DNA of 64,000 nucleotides from Chthoniobacterales bacterium (GCA_013694595.1 JACDCC010000225.1:18880-82879), one strand, 5' to 3'; positions 30,736 through 41,323 are shown, numbered from the stretch's first letter. Translations and numbers: made by a program. Notes: generated from the sequence alone by a model not told the origin.

Positions 30736-31554
30736 CTAGACGAAATCGCGCGGGGCGAAATCGGGCAGGCGCTGGGTGTTGACGTAAAGTCCGTCCGACA
30801 TTGACGCGCGGCCGTTGAGCCGAAGCGGCTTGGAGGCGTCCACCAGCACAAAAGAATGATCGCGCGTGAGAATCTCGTGGATCTCGCCCAACCAGGAGCC
30901 GCCGACGTATTGCGGCATGTAGTTCAGCTCGACGAGCAGGAAGTCCGTCTTGGTCAGAGAGAGCGAGGCGCCGGCGAGAACCGCTTTCTCGAACCCCTGC
31001 ACGTCAATCTTCAGCAGCGAAATCTCCGCTGTGTCTGAGAGTAACGTGTCGAGAGTCTTCATCGGCACCTCGATCTCCGATTCGACGGCCCAGTTTTGCC
31101 CGATCAGCTCGCGCATCTCGTCGCGCGGCGGCAACACCGATGCACCCGTCGTGTCGCGGGTGATGCGAAGTCTCGTCACTCCATCGGCATCCCCGATCGC
31201 GACGTTGTGAAGCTGCACATTGGGTCTCTTGCCAAACTGCCGCTGCAGCTCTGCAAACGGCACCGGCTGCGGCTCGATGATCACCAGCCGCTCCGGCGTG
31301 ATGAGGTCGAGCAACATGGTCGACCATTGGCCGACATTGGCGCCGACATCCACGACGCAACGCAAGCGACGCCAGGAGCCCGCCGGGAGCAAGTCGAGCC
31401 CACTCGCCTCCGCTTCGTGGACAAGCCATTCGGTGCGCCAGAGATCACCGGCACGCACAGTTCCACCGAGGTCCTGCAGCGCCCTCCGGTTCTTCGCGAT
31501 CTCGACGAGACCGTGCGGCAGAACGTACTTGAGTAGCTTGCGGAGCGCCTTCAC
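30736..31554 (-). CDS. FkbM-family methyltransferase
   Basis: VVDVGANVGQWS SAM-binding motif and IDVQGFEKAVLAG. ATGA-type overlap with the upstream PIN/TRAM gene. Confidence 0.75.
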   Translation of the reverse strand: MKALRKLLKYVLPHGLVEIAKNRRALQDLGGTVRAGDLWRTEWLVHEAEASGLDLLPAGSWRRLRCVVDVGANVGQWSTMLLDLITPERLVIIEPQPVPFAELQRQFGKRPNVQLHNVAIGDADGVTRLRITRDTTGASVLPPRDEMRELIGQNWAVESEIEVPMKTLDTLLSDTAEISLLKIDVQGFEKAVLAGASLSLTKTDFLLVELNYMPQYVGGSWLGEIHEILTRDHSFVLVDASKPLRLNGRASMSDGLYVNTQRLPDFAPRDFV

Positions 31555-32588
31555 GCCGTCTTCGCCTGCAAGGCAGAACGGCTCGCCGCAGCGCTCTTCA
31601 GCTCCGCAAAAATCAGACGTCCGGCGCCAGTCTGCAGCGCGCTTGAGACGACGACCGTTTTCGTGCTGCCGAGGAACGGACGCGCGTGATTGACCACGAT
31701 CATCGTCCCATCCGGGAGAAACCCGACCGCCTGGTGCGGTTCGCGTCCCTCTTTGATCAGGCTCAGCTCCAGCTCGTCTCCCGCGACCACCACGGGTCGC
31801 AGCGCGCGGACCAGATCGCTCAGATTTAACGCCTGCACCTGCTGCAATCGCGCCACCTGCCCGAGCGCCGCATCGTTCGTCAGGAGGCGCGCTTGCAGAA
31901 CCTTCGCGATGCGCACCAGCCGCGCGTCGGTCTCAAGATCGACATCCCCAGTCGTTTCGTGAATCGTCAGCTCCATTTCCCGCGACTGCTGCAGCTGATT
32001 CAAAATATCGAGGCCGCGCCGGCCTCGCTCGCGCTTCGTCGGATCCCGCGAATCGGCCAGCGTCTGCAGTTCACCCAGCACGAAACGAGGCACGATCAGC
32101 GCGCGGCTCAGGAAGCCGGTTGCACAAAGATCGGCGATACGTCCATCGATGATAATGTTCGTGTCGATCACGAGCGGCTCGTGCTGAGTCGTCTCACGCG
32201 CGAACCGCACATACGGAATGATGAGCGAGAATTCGTCCCGGTTGCTGCGCATCGCGAGCATCATCCCAAGATAACCGAAAGTGCAGTAAACGATGAGCCG
32301 AGCCGCCCATTGCACTGTCTCGGGCTGGTAGCGGAGCACCTGCGAAGCCATGACGAGGTTCGCGAAAAACAGACCCAGCAGGAGGCCGAAAGTGGCGGAA
32401 GAAAAGGCGCGTAGCGAGAAGCCTTTGAGCAGCCGGTCCACCAGCACGATCAACAATCCAAAGACGACGCCAATCACGACACCGGGGACGGCATTGTCCT
32501 GCATCTCCGCGCCGGCGATGCCTCCGATCGTGCCGCTAAAGGTCACGAAGAGGACGCGGAGGAGGTTGATGGTAAGCAGCGGCGTCAT
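31551..32588 (-). CDS. Membrane-anchored PIN-domain protein with C-terminal TRAM-like domain (YacL-like)
   Basis: Four N-terminal hydrophobic segments. PIN core LVIDTNIIIDGRIADLCATGFL...LIVPRFVLGELQTLADS...LLTNDAALGQVA. C-terminal beta-rich segment. The start ATG shares 1 nt with the mlaD stop (TGATG). Confidence 0.7.
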   Translation of the reverse strand: MTPLLTINLLRVLFVTFSGTIGGIAGAEMQDNAVPGVVIGVVFGLLIVLVDRLLKGFSLRAFSSATFGLLLGLFFANLVMASQVLRYQPETVQWAARLIVYCTFGYLGMMLAMRSNRDEFSLIIPYVRFARETTQHEPLVIDTNIIIDGRIADLCATGFLSRALIVPRFVLGELQTLADSRDPTKRERGRRGLDILNQLQQSREMELTIHETTGDVDLETDARLVRIAKVLQARLLTNDAALGQVARLQQVQALNLSDLVRALRPVVVAGDELELSLIKEGREPHQAVGFLPDGTMIVVNHARPFLGSTKTVVVSSALQTGAGRLIFAELKSAAASRSALQAKTA

Positions 32589-33508
32589 CAGCGATTTCTT
32601 CTCCTTTGCCCGCCACCCTGCTGCTCCCGCGTTTCCGCAGCACGCGCTTCCGCTTTTGCGGCGCTGTCGCGGTAAAACAACACGCCGTGATCGCGAAGAT
32701 TACTAATCAGCGCCTTGAGATCGTTCGCTACTTCCTGGTTGCTCAACAGCGTCGCCAGCATGCCGTTGCCGCTTTTCGCATCGCGCATCAAGTCCGTCAT
32801 CGCCTGGATTGTCTTGCGTGCATCCGCGATTGCGAGCTGCACGTCATCCGCCGCTTTCTTCGATGACTCCATCGTGGCGCCCGCCTTCTCGATCACGCCG
32901 TCAATCTTCCCGGACGACTGCGCGAGATTGCCGGTCGCCTGATTCAGACGATCGATGCTCGACTTCAGGTTCTCCATGTTGACCGGCGAGAGTGCCTGCT
33001 CGTTCAGACGCGTGACCGTGCCGTTGATGTTTTGCACTGCCGTTCGCAGGTCGTTGACGAGCAGCCCACCTTCCCGAGTCAGATCGTCCATCCCGGTTTC
33101 ACGCGTGCCGGCGATTTGAGCATCCGGGCGGAGAAACGCCGTAGGTCGCCCCGGTGGCATCGTGACCATCACAAACCGATCGCCGAGCAGTCCCGAACTG
33201 CCGACGCTGAACTTGCTCCCGACGGGGATCTTCACGTGATCATAAATGCGCAGCGGCACCACAACTCCCTGCCCTTCGCGCGCGAGCCGCGGTCCGCCGG
33301 CGACGCGGCCGATCTTCGCGCCTGCCATTAGGACATCGGAGCTCTTCAGCAATCCGCTCGCATCAGGAAACTGGACTGAGAGGCCGTAGTAAGTCTTCAG
33401 CCCCTCCCCGACGCGACCGAACTGCACGACCAGCGCGGCCAGCACTGCCAGCCCGACGAACACGAACAGCCCCACTTTGAACTCAAGTCCTCTACTGCGC
33501 TGGTTCAT
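32588..33508 (-). CDS. mlaD: MlaD/MCE-family substrate-binding protein
   Basis: N-terminal anchor FKVGLFVFVGLAVLAALVV plus MCE fold (YYGLSVQFPDASGLLKSSDVLMAGAKIGRV). Long helical C-terminus. Confidence 0.8.
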   Translation of the reverse strand: MNQRSRGLEFKVGLFVFVGLAVLAALVVQFGRVGEGLKTYYGLSVQFPDASGLLKSSDVLMAGAKIGRVAGGPRLAREGQGVVVPLRIYDHVKIPVGSKFSVGSSGLLGDRFVMVTMPPGRPTAFLRPDAQIAGTRETGMDDLTREGGLLVNDLRTAVQNINGTVTRLNEQALSPVNMENLKSSIDRLNQATGNLAQSSGKIDGVIEKAGATMESSKKAADDVQLAIADARKTIQAMTDLMRDAKSGNGMLATLLSNQEVANDLKALISNLRDHGVLFYRDSAAKAEARAAETREQQGGGQRRRNR

Positions 33509-33627
33509 GACATGGAACGCTGAAGCTCATAGTCCACCGGTCGACGAACTTACCACGGCTTTTCGCCGCGTCAGGAGATAACACGGGAAGGTGCGGAAAC
33601 TGTGACCCTGCTGCAGCAACTCCGCTC

Positions 33628-34452
33628 CTAGGCAGTCGCTTCGGAGCGACCGAGCAGGAAATCCTGGAGAAGAGGATCCGTCGAGCGCTGCAGTTCCGCG
33701 GAGGTGCCGTAGAAGTAGATTCTCCCCTCGTGCAAGTAGGCGATGTGGTCCGCGATGTGGAACGCACTCTTCATATCATGCGTGACCACGATACTGGTGA
33801 CCGAGAACCTCTCCTGCAGCCGCCGAATGAGGCGGTTGATGCTATCAGAAACGACCGGATCCAACCCTGCGGTCGGCTCGTCATAAAGGACGCATGACGG
33901 CCGGCGAATGATCGCGCGTGCGAGGCCTACCCGCTTTTTCATTCCGCCGCTGAGGTTTACTGGCATCTTGTCGTGCTGCCCCTCAAGCTCGATCACCTCC
34001 AGCATTTCATCCACCTTCTGCCGGATGATCTTCGGGTCGCGCTCCCCTGCTTCCCGCAGCGGGAACGCAATGTTTTCCTCCACTGTCATCGAGTCGAAGA
34101 GTGCTCCGCCCTGAAAGAGAATGCCGACCTTCAGGCGAATCGCGGCGAGCTTGCGTTCCTTTAATCCGATGATGTTTTCACCCTCGATCTGGATCTCGCC
34201 AGCGTCCGGCTGCATCAGGCCGATCAGGTGCTTCAACATGACGCTTTTGCCACCGCCGCTCCGGCCGATGATCACCAGCGTTTCTCCTTTCGCCACAGTC
34301 AGATCCACGCCCCGTAGGATGTCTTGTGCGCCAATTCCCTTCGTGAGCCCGCGCACCGCGATCATCGGCGGCTCACCCGTGCCACTTGCTGCCGGTTTGC
34401 GCGCCGGCCCGGAAGAAGGCGGCGCGGTGACGATTGGTCCAGCCTCGCTCAT
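33628..34452 (-). CDS. mlaF: ABC transporter ATP-binding protein (MlaF-like)
   Basis: Walker A GRSGGGKS, signature LSGGMKKRVGLARA, Walker B VLYDEPTAGLD. ATGA overlap with mlaE. Confidence 0.88.
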   Translation of the reverse strand: MSEAGPIVTAPPSSGPARKPAASGTGEPPMIAVRGLTKGIGAQDILRGVDLTVAKGETLVIIGRSGGGKSVMLKHLIGLMQPDAGEIQIEGENIIGLKERKLAAIRLKVGILFQGGALFDSMTVEENIAFPLREAGERDPKIIRQKVDEMLEVIELEGQHDKMPVNLSGGMKKRVGLARAIIRRPSCVLYDEPTAGLDPVVSDSINRLIRRLQERFSVTSIVVTHDMKSAFHIADHIAYLHEGRIYFYGTSAELQRSTDPLLQDFLLGRSEATA

Positions 34453-35243
34453 TGATATCCGGCGGGGAAGATGATGTTGAGCGACATCGTGAGGAAGAAG
34501 TTAAAAATCAACACGGCAAGCGAGGAGTCGACTACCGCCTGCGTCGTCGCCTGCCCGACGCCCACCGCGCCTTCGCGCGTCGTGAGGCCCTTGTGGCAGC
34601 TGATGAAGACGATCAGCAACGCGAAGCAAAATGCCTTTGCAAGACCCATGATAATGTCGCGCATTCCGGTCCAACGAACCATGTTCGCCACGTAGTAGGT
34701 GCCATTCACCTCGAGCAGAGTAATCGCCACGAAATACCCGGCCGCAATGCCGACGCCGATACATTCCGCCACCAGCAGCGGCATCGAGATCATCATCGCC
34801 AGCGCCCGCGGAACGACAAGGTAGTCGATCGGGTTCACCGCCAGCGCACGCAGCGCGTCGATCTGCTCGGTCACTTTCATCGTGCCGATCTCAGCCGACA
34901 TCGACGCCCCAACACGGCCCGTCACCATCAGCGCCGTCAAAACCGGCCCCAGCTCGCGACAGATGGAAACTGAGACCACCGCGCCGACCGCCGAGCCCAT
35001 GCCCAGTTTGTTGAATTGAAAGAACGTCTGCGCGGCAAAGACGGCACCGGTGAATGCCCCGGTGATCACCACCACCAGCTGCGAACGCAGCCCAATCTCG
35101 ACGATCTGATTGAGAAACAATCGCCAGCGAAGCTTCTGCGTGAAGATCGAGCCGAAAGTAGCGGCGGCGAGCACCACCAATTCACCAAGATAAGTAAAGA
35201 GGGCGACAACCGCCGCGCCGACTGCCGTAATGAGCCGAGTCAT
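34449..35243 (-). CDS. mlaE: ABC transporter permease (MlaE-like)
   Basis: 264-aa polytopic protein with MlaE-typical blocks (RELGPVLTALMVTGRVGASMSAEIGTMKVTEQIDAL). Confidence 0.85.
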   Translation of the reverse strand: MTRLITAVGAAVVALFTYLGELVVLAAATFGSIFTQKLRWRLFLNQIVEIGLRSQLVVVITGAFTGAVFAAQTFFQFNKLGMGSAVGAVVSVSICRELGPVLTALMVTGRVGASMSAEIGTMKVTEQIDALRALAVNPIDYLVVPRALAMMISMPLLVAECIGVGIAAGYFVAITLLEVNGTYYVANMVRWTGMRDIIMGLAKAFCFALLIVFISCHKGLTTREGAVGVGQATTQAVVDSSLAVLIFNFFLTMSLNIIFPAGYQ

Positions 35244-35287
35244 GTCCGATCAGCAATCCACCGGGCGAAGAGGAATCCGCGGCGTCT

Positions 35288-35551
35288 CTAAAGACTCAGA
35301 AGCTGCGTTTCGTTTTTTGCGCGCAGCTCCGGCGGGATGGCACCGACGAACCGCGGTTCCAGTCCGAGCTTCCGAAACATCCTCCGGATATCGCGATAGC
35401 TGACCGTCGGACCGTCCAGCTCGAGGTAAACAAGATCATGGTTGCTGTCGACCTTGTAGCGGAGCCCTCCGACGGCCTCGAGTTCACGGTCCAACTCGAG
35501 AATCTTGTGCAAATCACGGACGCCCGCCGCGTAGACTTCAAGCTCGAGCAT
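35288..35551 (-). CDS. Small hypothetical protein
   Basis: 87 aa from ATG 35551 (MLELEVYAAGVRDLHKILELD...). No family recognised. Confidence 0.4.
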   Translation of the reverse strand: MLELEVYAAGVRDLHKILELDRELEAVGGLRYKVDSNHDLVYLELDGPTVSYRDIRRMFRKLGLEPRFVGAIPPELRAKNETQLLSL

Positions 35552-35661
35552 GGGCCGAAGCTTAGAAGCAACGCCGGAACGATGCAAAACGAGATTGGCG
35601 CGGATGATCTCGCGATTTGCGCGCCGCGGGCGCGTGCGATACAAGGAGCCTTAACTCCGCT

Positions 35662-36156
35662 ATGAATCCCGCGCTCCGTCTGTTCGTCTCGCTCCAGGTC
35701 GCTACCGCCGCGTTGCTCTTCTCCGCGTGTCAAAGTCGCGGCCCGCAAGGCATTCAGCAGACGAACGTTGCCGCGGCCGCCGTTCAGGCAGAGGCGCCTG
35801 GCGATTACTACATCGGCCGGCGCTACTACAAGCCGCAGTACAAGTTCTGGGGCTACGTCCGGCGCCCCGGCCAACCGTGGAGCACGTCGCAGCTGGTGAT
35901 GGTCAATGAGCACCAAAAGCTCGCGCCGGATCGTGAGCAGAACCTGCTCGGCTCTGACAACGGCTCCGAGTACAAGCTCTACGGCGCCTTCAGCCCCGAC
36001 AAGGTTTACGAGCCGGCGAGCAACGGATTCTACCCGGAGTTCATTCTGCGGAATTACGAGCTCGTCTCGCGCAATCCGCCGCCGATCTTCTCCAGCCAGA
36101 CGAACGCGGCCGCGAAAGCGAAGCTGCGCCCTCTCACGATTGAGCGACCACTGTAG
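35662..36156 (+). CDS. Hypothetical lipoprotein
   Basis: MNPALRLFVSLQVATAALLFSAC lipobox from ATG 35662. Tyr/Trp-rich mature part. Confidence 0.55.
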   Translation: MNPALRLFVSLQVATAALLFSACQSRGPQGIQQTNVAAAAVQAEAPGDYYIGRRYYKPQYKFWGYVRRPGQPWSTSQLVMVNEHQKLAPDREQNLLGSDNGSEYKLYGAFSPDKVYEPASNGFYPEFILRNYELVSRNPPPIFSSQTNAAAKAKLRPLTIERPL

Positions 36157-37066
36157 CGCGGAAGCCGAGCCGCCCACTGGCGCCGCGCGCGACGAGCACG
36201 CGGAAGAGTTCCTGCGTTACCTCGAGGTGGAGCGGAATGCTTCGCCCCGCACCATCATTGCTTATCAACAGGCGCTGAGCGCCTTCCGCGCGAGCACCAC
36301 GAAACCGTGGGAGAAATGCGACGCGGATACTTTTCGCGACTACCTCTTCGACGTGATGAAGAAGAAGCAGGCGCGCTCCTACATCCGCCTGCAGTTCTCC
36401 GCGTTTCGCACCTTCTTTCGCTTCCTGGTCGAGCGGAAAGGCCTCGCCCGCGATCCCGTCCGCGAGCTGGAGCTGCCGAAAGCGGAAAAGAAATTGCCGC
36501 TCGTCCTCACGCGGCCACAGATCGACGAGCTGCTCACCGCGCCGCTGCGAGTGCCGAAGCCGCAAGGCTCACCCGATTGGATGCCGCTGCGCGACGCGGC
36601 CGTGATGGAGGTTTTCTACAGCAGCGGCCTAAGGCTGAGTGAGCTCGCGTCGTTGAACGTTGCTGACGTCGACATCTACACAGAATCGGTTCGAGTGCTT
36701 GGCAAGGGGCGCAAAGAACGAGTCTGTCCCGTGGGTGCACCAGCGTTGGAAGCGGTCTCAGGTTATCGTTCTGCGGCCAACGTGCAGAGCGGGCCGCTCT
36801 TCATCAACAAGGCGCGGCGCCGCATCTCGACGCGCTCCATTTGGCTGATCCTGAAGCGTTATCTCCGCCACACGACGATTCCGATTTCCCTCAGCCCACA
36901 CAAGCTGCGGCACAGCTTCGCGACGCATTTACTCGACGGCGGCGCCGACCTCCGCAGTGTCCAGGCGCTGCTCGGTCACGCCAGCCTGTCCACGACGCAG
37001 ATCTACACGCACGTCACCGTCGAGCGGCTCAAGAAAGCCTACGACGACGCACATCCCCGCGCCTGA
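36140..37066 (+). CDS. xerC: Tyrosine recombinase, XerC/XerD type
   Basis: N-terminal SAM-like domain [23 protein letters not shown]. Catalytic region LRLSELASL...[12 protein letters not shown]...[16 protein letters not shown]. There is no ATG in frame near the domain start. TTG 36140 is my proposed start (uncertain). Confidence 0.85.
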   Translation: MSDHCSAEAEPPTGAARDEHAEEFLRYLEVERNASPRTIIAYQQALSAFRASTTKPWEKCDADTFRDYLFDVMKKKQARSYIRLQFSAFRTFFRFLVERKGLARDPVRELELPKAEKKLPLVLTRPQIDELLTAPLRVPKPQGSPDWMPLRDAAVMEVFYSSGLRLSELASLNVADVDIYTESVRVLGKGRKERVCPVGAPALEAVSGYRSAANVQSGPLFINKARRRISTRSIWLILKRYLRHTTIPISLSPHKLRHSFATHLLDGGADLRSVQALLGHASLSTTQIYTHVTVERLKKAYDDAHPRA

Positions 37067-37139
37067 CCGCTGGAGACGCCGCGCGGCTCAGGATGACCGC
37101 AGCCGTATGTCGTGCGTGAAACAGATGGAGCGACTCAGC

Positions 37140-39626
37140 TCAGCTCGCGCTCGCGGTCTCGCTGCCTTGCGGCTCCGCCACGTGGAACGAAAGTTTTCCG
37201 TCCGCCGCGCTGGTATGCACCACATCGCCGGCTTTCACGTTCCCGCGCAGCAGCTCCTCCGCGAACGGATCTTCCAGGTAACGCTCGACGGCACGACGCA
37301 TCGGACGGGCGCCGTACTCCGGATCGTATCCCTTCTCGATCAGGAAATCCTTGGCGGATTGATCCAGCTCGATGTGCACGTCCTTGTCCCTGATACGGCC
37401 AAAGACCTTCGCGACTTCGAGTTCCACGATCTGGAGCAGATCGGTTCGCGTGAGCTGATGGAAGACGATGATGTCATCGAGACGGTTGATGAACTCCGGC
37501 TTGAAGGCGCGTTTTGCCTCCTCCAGCAACCGATCGCGCATCGTGTCGTACTCATGCTCGCCGACCGGCTTCGTCGCGCCAAATCCCATCGTGGTCGACT
37601 TCTTCAGCGTTTCCGCGCCGACGTTTGAAGTCATGATGATGATCGTGTTCCGGAAGTCGATCTTGCGGCCTAACGAATCGGTCACCTTGCCTTCTTCGAG
37701 AATCTGCAAGAGCAAGTGCATCACGTCCGGATGCGCCTTTTCGATTTCGTCGAAAAGCACGACCGAGTACGGCCGCCGCCGCACCGCTTCGGAAAGCTGG
37801 CCTCCCTCTTCGTAACCGACATACCCGGGAGGCGAGCCGATCAAGCGCGAGGCGGTGAACTTCTCCATGTACTCCGACATGTCGATCTGGATGAGCGCGT
37901 CACGATCGCCGAACATGAATTCCGCGAGCGTCTGGGCCAGGAAGGTCTTACCGACACCCGTGGGGCCGAGGAAAATAAAGGAGCCAATCGGACGACGCGG
38001 ATCCTTCAGATCCGCGCGGCTGCGGCGGAGCGCTTTTGAGATCGCCACGACTGCTTCGTCCTGGCCGATCACCTTCCCGCGCATCTCGCTTTCCATCGCG
38101 AGCAGCTTCGCGGTTTCCTTCTGCTCCATCCGCTGGAGCGGCACGCCGGTAACCTTCGAGATGATGTTCATCATGTCGTCGGCCGTGACGAGAACTTCCT
38201 TCTCTTCCCGCTCCTCACGCCATTGCGCGAGGATCCCTTCGAGCTTGTCCTTGGTCTGCTTCTCCTTGTCGCGGAGCGCGGCAGCTTTTTCGAAATCCTG
38301 GGCCTTGATCGCGGCTTCTTTCTCAACGCGGATCTCCTCGATTTCGCGTTCGATTTCCTTCACATCGGGCGGACGCGTCATGGCATTGATGCGGGCGCGG
38401 GCGCCTGCTTCATCCATGACATCGATCGCTTTATCCGGAAGGAAGCGGCCAGTGATGTAGCGCTCGGAAAGCTTCACCGCCAACTCGAGCGATTCATCTG
38501 TCAACTTCGCCTTGTGGTGCGCTTCGTACTTCGGACGAAGCCCCTTCAAGATCAGGATCGCTTCGTCCACTGTCGGCGCCTCAACCTTCACGGTCTGGAA
38601 GCGGCGCTCCAGCGCGGCGTCCTTCTCGATGTACTTGCGGTACTCGTTCAGCGTCGTCGCACCCACGCACTGCAGCTCACCGCGGCTCAACGCCGGCTTG
38701 ATGATATTTGACGCGTCCATCGCGCCTTCAGCGGAACCGGCACCAACGATAGTGTGCAGCTCGTCGATAAAAAGAATGACGTTCTTCGAACGGCGAATCT
38801 CATCCATGACCGCTTTGATGCGCTCTTCAAACTGACCGCGGTATTTCGTCCCCGCGACCATCAACGCGAGGTCGAGCGTGATGACCTTCTTGTCGCGGAG
38901 GAGTTCGGGGACATTGCCGCCCGCAATCTCCTGCGCGAGCCCTTCCGCGATGGCGGTTTTACCGACGCCCGCTTCGCCCAGCAGCACCGGATTGTTCTTC
39001 GTCCGCCGGCAGAGCACCTGAATCACGCGCTCGATTTCGTTCACGCGCCCAATCACCGGATCGAGCTCGCCCTTCTTCGCGAGTTCCGTCAGGTCGCGGC
39101 CAAAAGCGCGCAGCGCTGGCGTCTTCACATCCTTCTTCGAGGAAGGTTCACCACCTCCGCTACCTTCCTGCTCCGCATCTGGCGGAGTGAAGTTCGGATC
39201 GAGCTCCTTCAGGATCTCGTTACGGGTGCGTTCGATATCGACTTCGAGGGTCTTGAGGACACGAGCCGCGACTCCTTCGCCTTCGCGCAACAAGCCAAGC
39301 AGGATGTGCTCGGTGCCGACGTAGGAGTGGTTTAGCGCCTTTGCTTCTTTGCCCGCGAGGGCAAGAACCTTTTTCACGCGGGGCGTGTACGGGATGTTCC
39401 CGACCATCTTCGTCTCCGGTCCGGAGCCGACCTGTTTCTCGACTTCCATCCGCACCGTCTCGAGGTCGAGCCCCATCTTCTGCAGAACGTTGACGGCCAC
39501 GCCCTGCCCGAGCTTAATCAGGCCCAGCAACAAGTGCTCGGTCCCGACGTAGTTGTGGTTGAAGCGATCCGCTTCTTTCCGGGCGAGCGCCAGAACCTGC
39601 TGGGCCCGCGGAGTAAAATTATTCAT
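37140..39626 (-). CDS. clpC: ATP-dependent Clp protease ATP-binding subunit ClpC (class I AAA+)
   Basis: Double Clp_N repeats, two AAA+ modules ([15 protein letters not shown]; [15 protein letters not shown]), a UVR-like middle domain ([12 protein letters not shown]). 828 aa. Confidence 0.93.
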   Translation of the reverse strand: MNNFTPRAQQVLALARKEADRFNHNYVGTEHLLLGLIKLGQGVAVNVLQKMGLDLETVRMEVEKQVGSGPETKMVGNIPYTPRVKKVLALAGKEAKALNHSYVGTEHILLGLLREGEGVAARVLKTLEVDIERTRNEILKELDPNFTPPDAEQEGSGGGEPSSKKDVKTPALRAFGRDLTELAKKGELDPVIGRVNEIERVIQVLCRRTKNNPVLLGEAGVGKTAIAEGLAQEIAGGNVPELLRDKKVITLDLALMVAGTKYRGQFEERIKAVMDEIRRSKNVILFIDELHTIVGAGSAEGAMDASNIIKPALSRGELQCVGATTLNEYRKYIEKDAALERRFQTVKVEAPTVDEAILILKGLRPKYEAHHKAKLTDESLELAVKLSERYITGRFLPDKAIDVMDEAGARARINAMTRPPDVKEIEREIEEIRVEKEAAIKAQDFEKAAALRDKEKQTKDKLEGILAQWREEREEKEVLVTADDMMNIISKVTGVPLQRMEQKETAKLLAMESEMRGKVIGQDEAVVAISKALRRSRADLKDPRRPIGSFIFLGPTGVGKTFLAQTLAEFMFGDRDALIQIDMSEYMEKFTASRLIGSPPGYVGYEEGGQLSEAVRRRPYSVVLFDEIEKAHPDVMHLLLQILEEGKVTDSLGRKIDFRNTIIIMTSNVGAETLKKSTTMGFGATKPVGEHEYDTMRDRLLEEAKRAFKPEFINRLDDIIVFHQLTRTDLLQIVELEVAKVFGRIRDKDVHIELDQSAKDFLIEKGYDPEYGARPMRRAVERYLEDPFAEELLRGNVKAGDVVHTSAADGKLSFHVAEPQGSETASAS

Positions 39627-40743
39627 TGGTTGGGGGCTCGGCAGTCGAACCGTTCCCTGACTCCCGCGCCACCTTACTGATATCAGGTCTGGGGAATACT
39701 CGCAAACGGTCGCGGATGATTTGGGCGCGCAGTTCGTCGCGCTCTTCAGCGTTTAATTTCTGGTGTGAACTCTTCTGGAGATGCGCTGGTTGGGTGTCGA
39801 TGAAGAGCTCATCGATCGGGAGGCGGCGGTCTTCCGGGAAGGCGCCGAGATCCACTCCAAGCTTGATGATCGAGAGGAGATTCAGCGCCTCCTTCGAGGT
39901 CATCGCGTGCGCGAACGTCAGCACCCCGTAGGCGCGCCCGATCTGGTCCCACAGCGTGTTCGATTTCTTTTGAATCAACATCTGCCGCGCGTCGTGCTCC
40001 TTCTCGATGATCGTCTCGATGACTTTGCTGAGGCGGCTGACGATCTCCTCTTCCTTCTCGCCAAGTGTCGTCTGGTTCGAGATCTGGAACAGATTGCCCA
40101 TCGCTTCCGTGCCTTCGCCGTAGAGCCCGCGCACTGCGAGACCGATTTTGTTTACCGCCTGGATGACCTGATTGATCATCTCGCTTAGCACCAGGCCGGG
40201 CAGATGGAGCATCGCCGAAGCACGCATGCCGGTGCCGACATTGGTCGGACAGGCGGTGAGGTAGCCGAGCTTTGGGTCGTAGGCGAAATCGAGTTTGTTC
40301 TCGAGCGTGCTATCGACTTTGTCGACAAGCTTGAACGCGCTTTTCAGTTGCAACCCGGAGCGGATCGACTGCATGCGCAGGTGATCCTCTTCGTTCACCA
40401 TGATGCTGAGCGTCTGGCGGCGGTTCATGATGACGGCGCTGCCGACACTTTTCGCCGCATGTTCGCGGCTAATCAGATGCCGTTCGACCAGGACCTGCTT
40501 CTCGAGCGCCGAAAGATCCTGGAGCATCTCGGAGAATGAGTCCTGCATCTCCGGCAGCTCCTCCACGCGCGGCTTGATCAACTCGAGCACCTGCGTCCGC
40601 TCCACCTTCTTCGCCCAGCCCGGGAACGCCCGGTGCCGGAGATTGCGCGCGAGGCGCACGCGGCTGCTGATCACGATCTGGTGGTGCGGCCCTTCGCCGC
40701 GCAGCCATTCGCCGCCGGCGGCAATCACGTTCGCAAATTTCAT
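39619..40743 (-). CDS. mcsB: Protein arginine kinase McsB (ATP:guanido phosphotransferase family)
   Basis: NEEDHLRMQS and CPTNVGTGMRASAMLHLPGL signatures. 8-nt overlap with clpC. Confidence 0.88.
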   Translation of the reverse strand: MKFANVIAAGGEWLRGEGPHHQIVISSRVRLARNLRHRAFPGWAKKVERTQVLELIKPRVEELPEMQDSFSEMLQDLSALEKQVLVERHLISREHAAKSVGSAVIMNRRQTLSIMVNEEDHLRMQSIRSGLQLKSAFKLVDKVDSTLENKLDFAYDPKLGYLTACPTNVGTGMRASAMLHLPGLVLSEMINQVIQAVNKIGLAVRGLYGEGTEAMGNLFQISNQTTLGEKEEEIVSRLSKVIETIIEKEHDARQMLIQKKSNTLWDQIGRAYGVLTFAHAMTSKEALNLLSIIKLGVDLGAFPEDRRLPIDELFIDTQPAHLQKSSHQKLNAEERDELRAQIIRDRLRVFPRPDISKVARESGNGSTAEPPTNE

Positions 40744-41237
40744 GGTTTGATCGCGAGGTCGGCCTCGAGTTGTTTGATCTGGTCGCGCAACGACGCGGCA
40801 GATTCGTAGTTTTCTTCCTCCACCGCCTTTTGAAGGTCGGAGGTGAGCGTAAGCATGCGGTCACTCAGCTCGATCTCGCGGTGGGCGCGCTGCGGCAACT
40901 TCCCGACATGCTCAGTCCCCTTATGCATCGCCTTGAGGAGGCTTCCCAAACCCTCGGAAAAAGTGATGTAGCATGCGCTGCAACCGAGACGCCCGGTCTT
41001 CTTGAAGTCCGCTTGTGTAAACCCGCAGACGCCACACTTCTGCGTCGGCGTTCCCTTTTCGATCTCCTCCGCCGCGCCGATCCCGAGCAGCAGGTCGGCG
41101 AGCGCGAAGCCTGTGGGATCCTGCACGCCCTTCTCCTTCGAGCAGGAATCGCAGAGGTTCACCTTCTGCATCTTCCCTTCGAGAATCTGCGTCAGGAAAA
41201 CTGTCGCGTCATTGCATTTGCAAACGTCGCACAACAT
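40740..41237 (-). CDS. mcsA: McsA-like activator of protein arginine kinase (Cys-rich zinc fingers plus UVR motif)
   Basis: CDVC...CDSC...CGVC...CSACY cysteine pairs. C-terminal UVR-like LQKAVEEENYESAASLRDQIKQLE. ATGA-type overlap with mcsB. Confidence 0.82.
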   Translation of the reverse strand: MLCDVCKCNDATVFLTQILEGKMQKVNLCDSCSKEKGVQDPTGFALADLLLGIGAAEEIEKGTPTQKCGVCGFTQADFKKTGRLGCSACYITFSEGLGSLLKAMHKGTEHVGKLPQRAHREIELSDRMLTLTSDLQKAVEEENYESAASLRDQIKQLEADLAIKP

Positions 41238-41323
41238 CTCTGTGTATTAGACCTCCAGAGGCGGTAAACATTCAACCCCGCCTCGCTTTGAGCACCTTCT
41301 GCGCCGGATGCGCTCGCGCCACG

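Noticed and set aside
36140-37066. Tyrosine recombinase as an integrase marking a genomic island or prophage.
   Set aside because: The sequence and length fit chromosomal XerC/XerD. Neighbours are housekeeping genes (mla genes, clpC). No phage, transposase or att-like repeats flank it, and the nearest tRNA is 21 kb away.
41238-41323. CtsR operator or heat-shock element upstream of mcsA.
   Set aside because: No GGTCAAA-N-A-N-GGTCAAA-like direct repeat is present on either strand. Only a weak GAGGCGG/CCGCCTC stem with no T-tract is seen.
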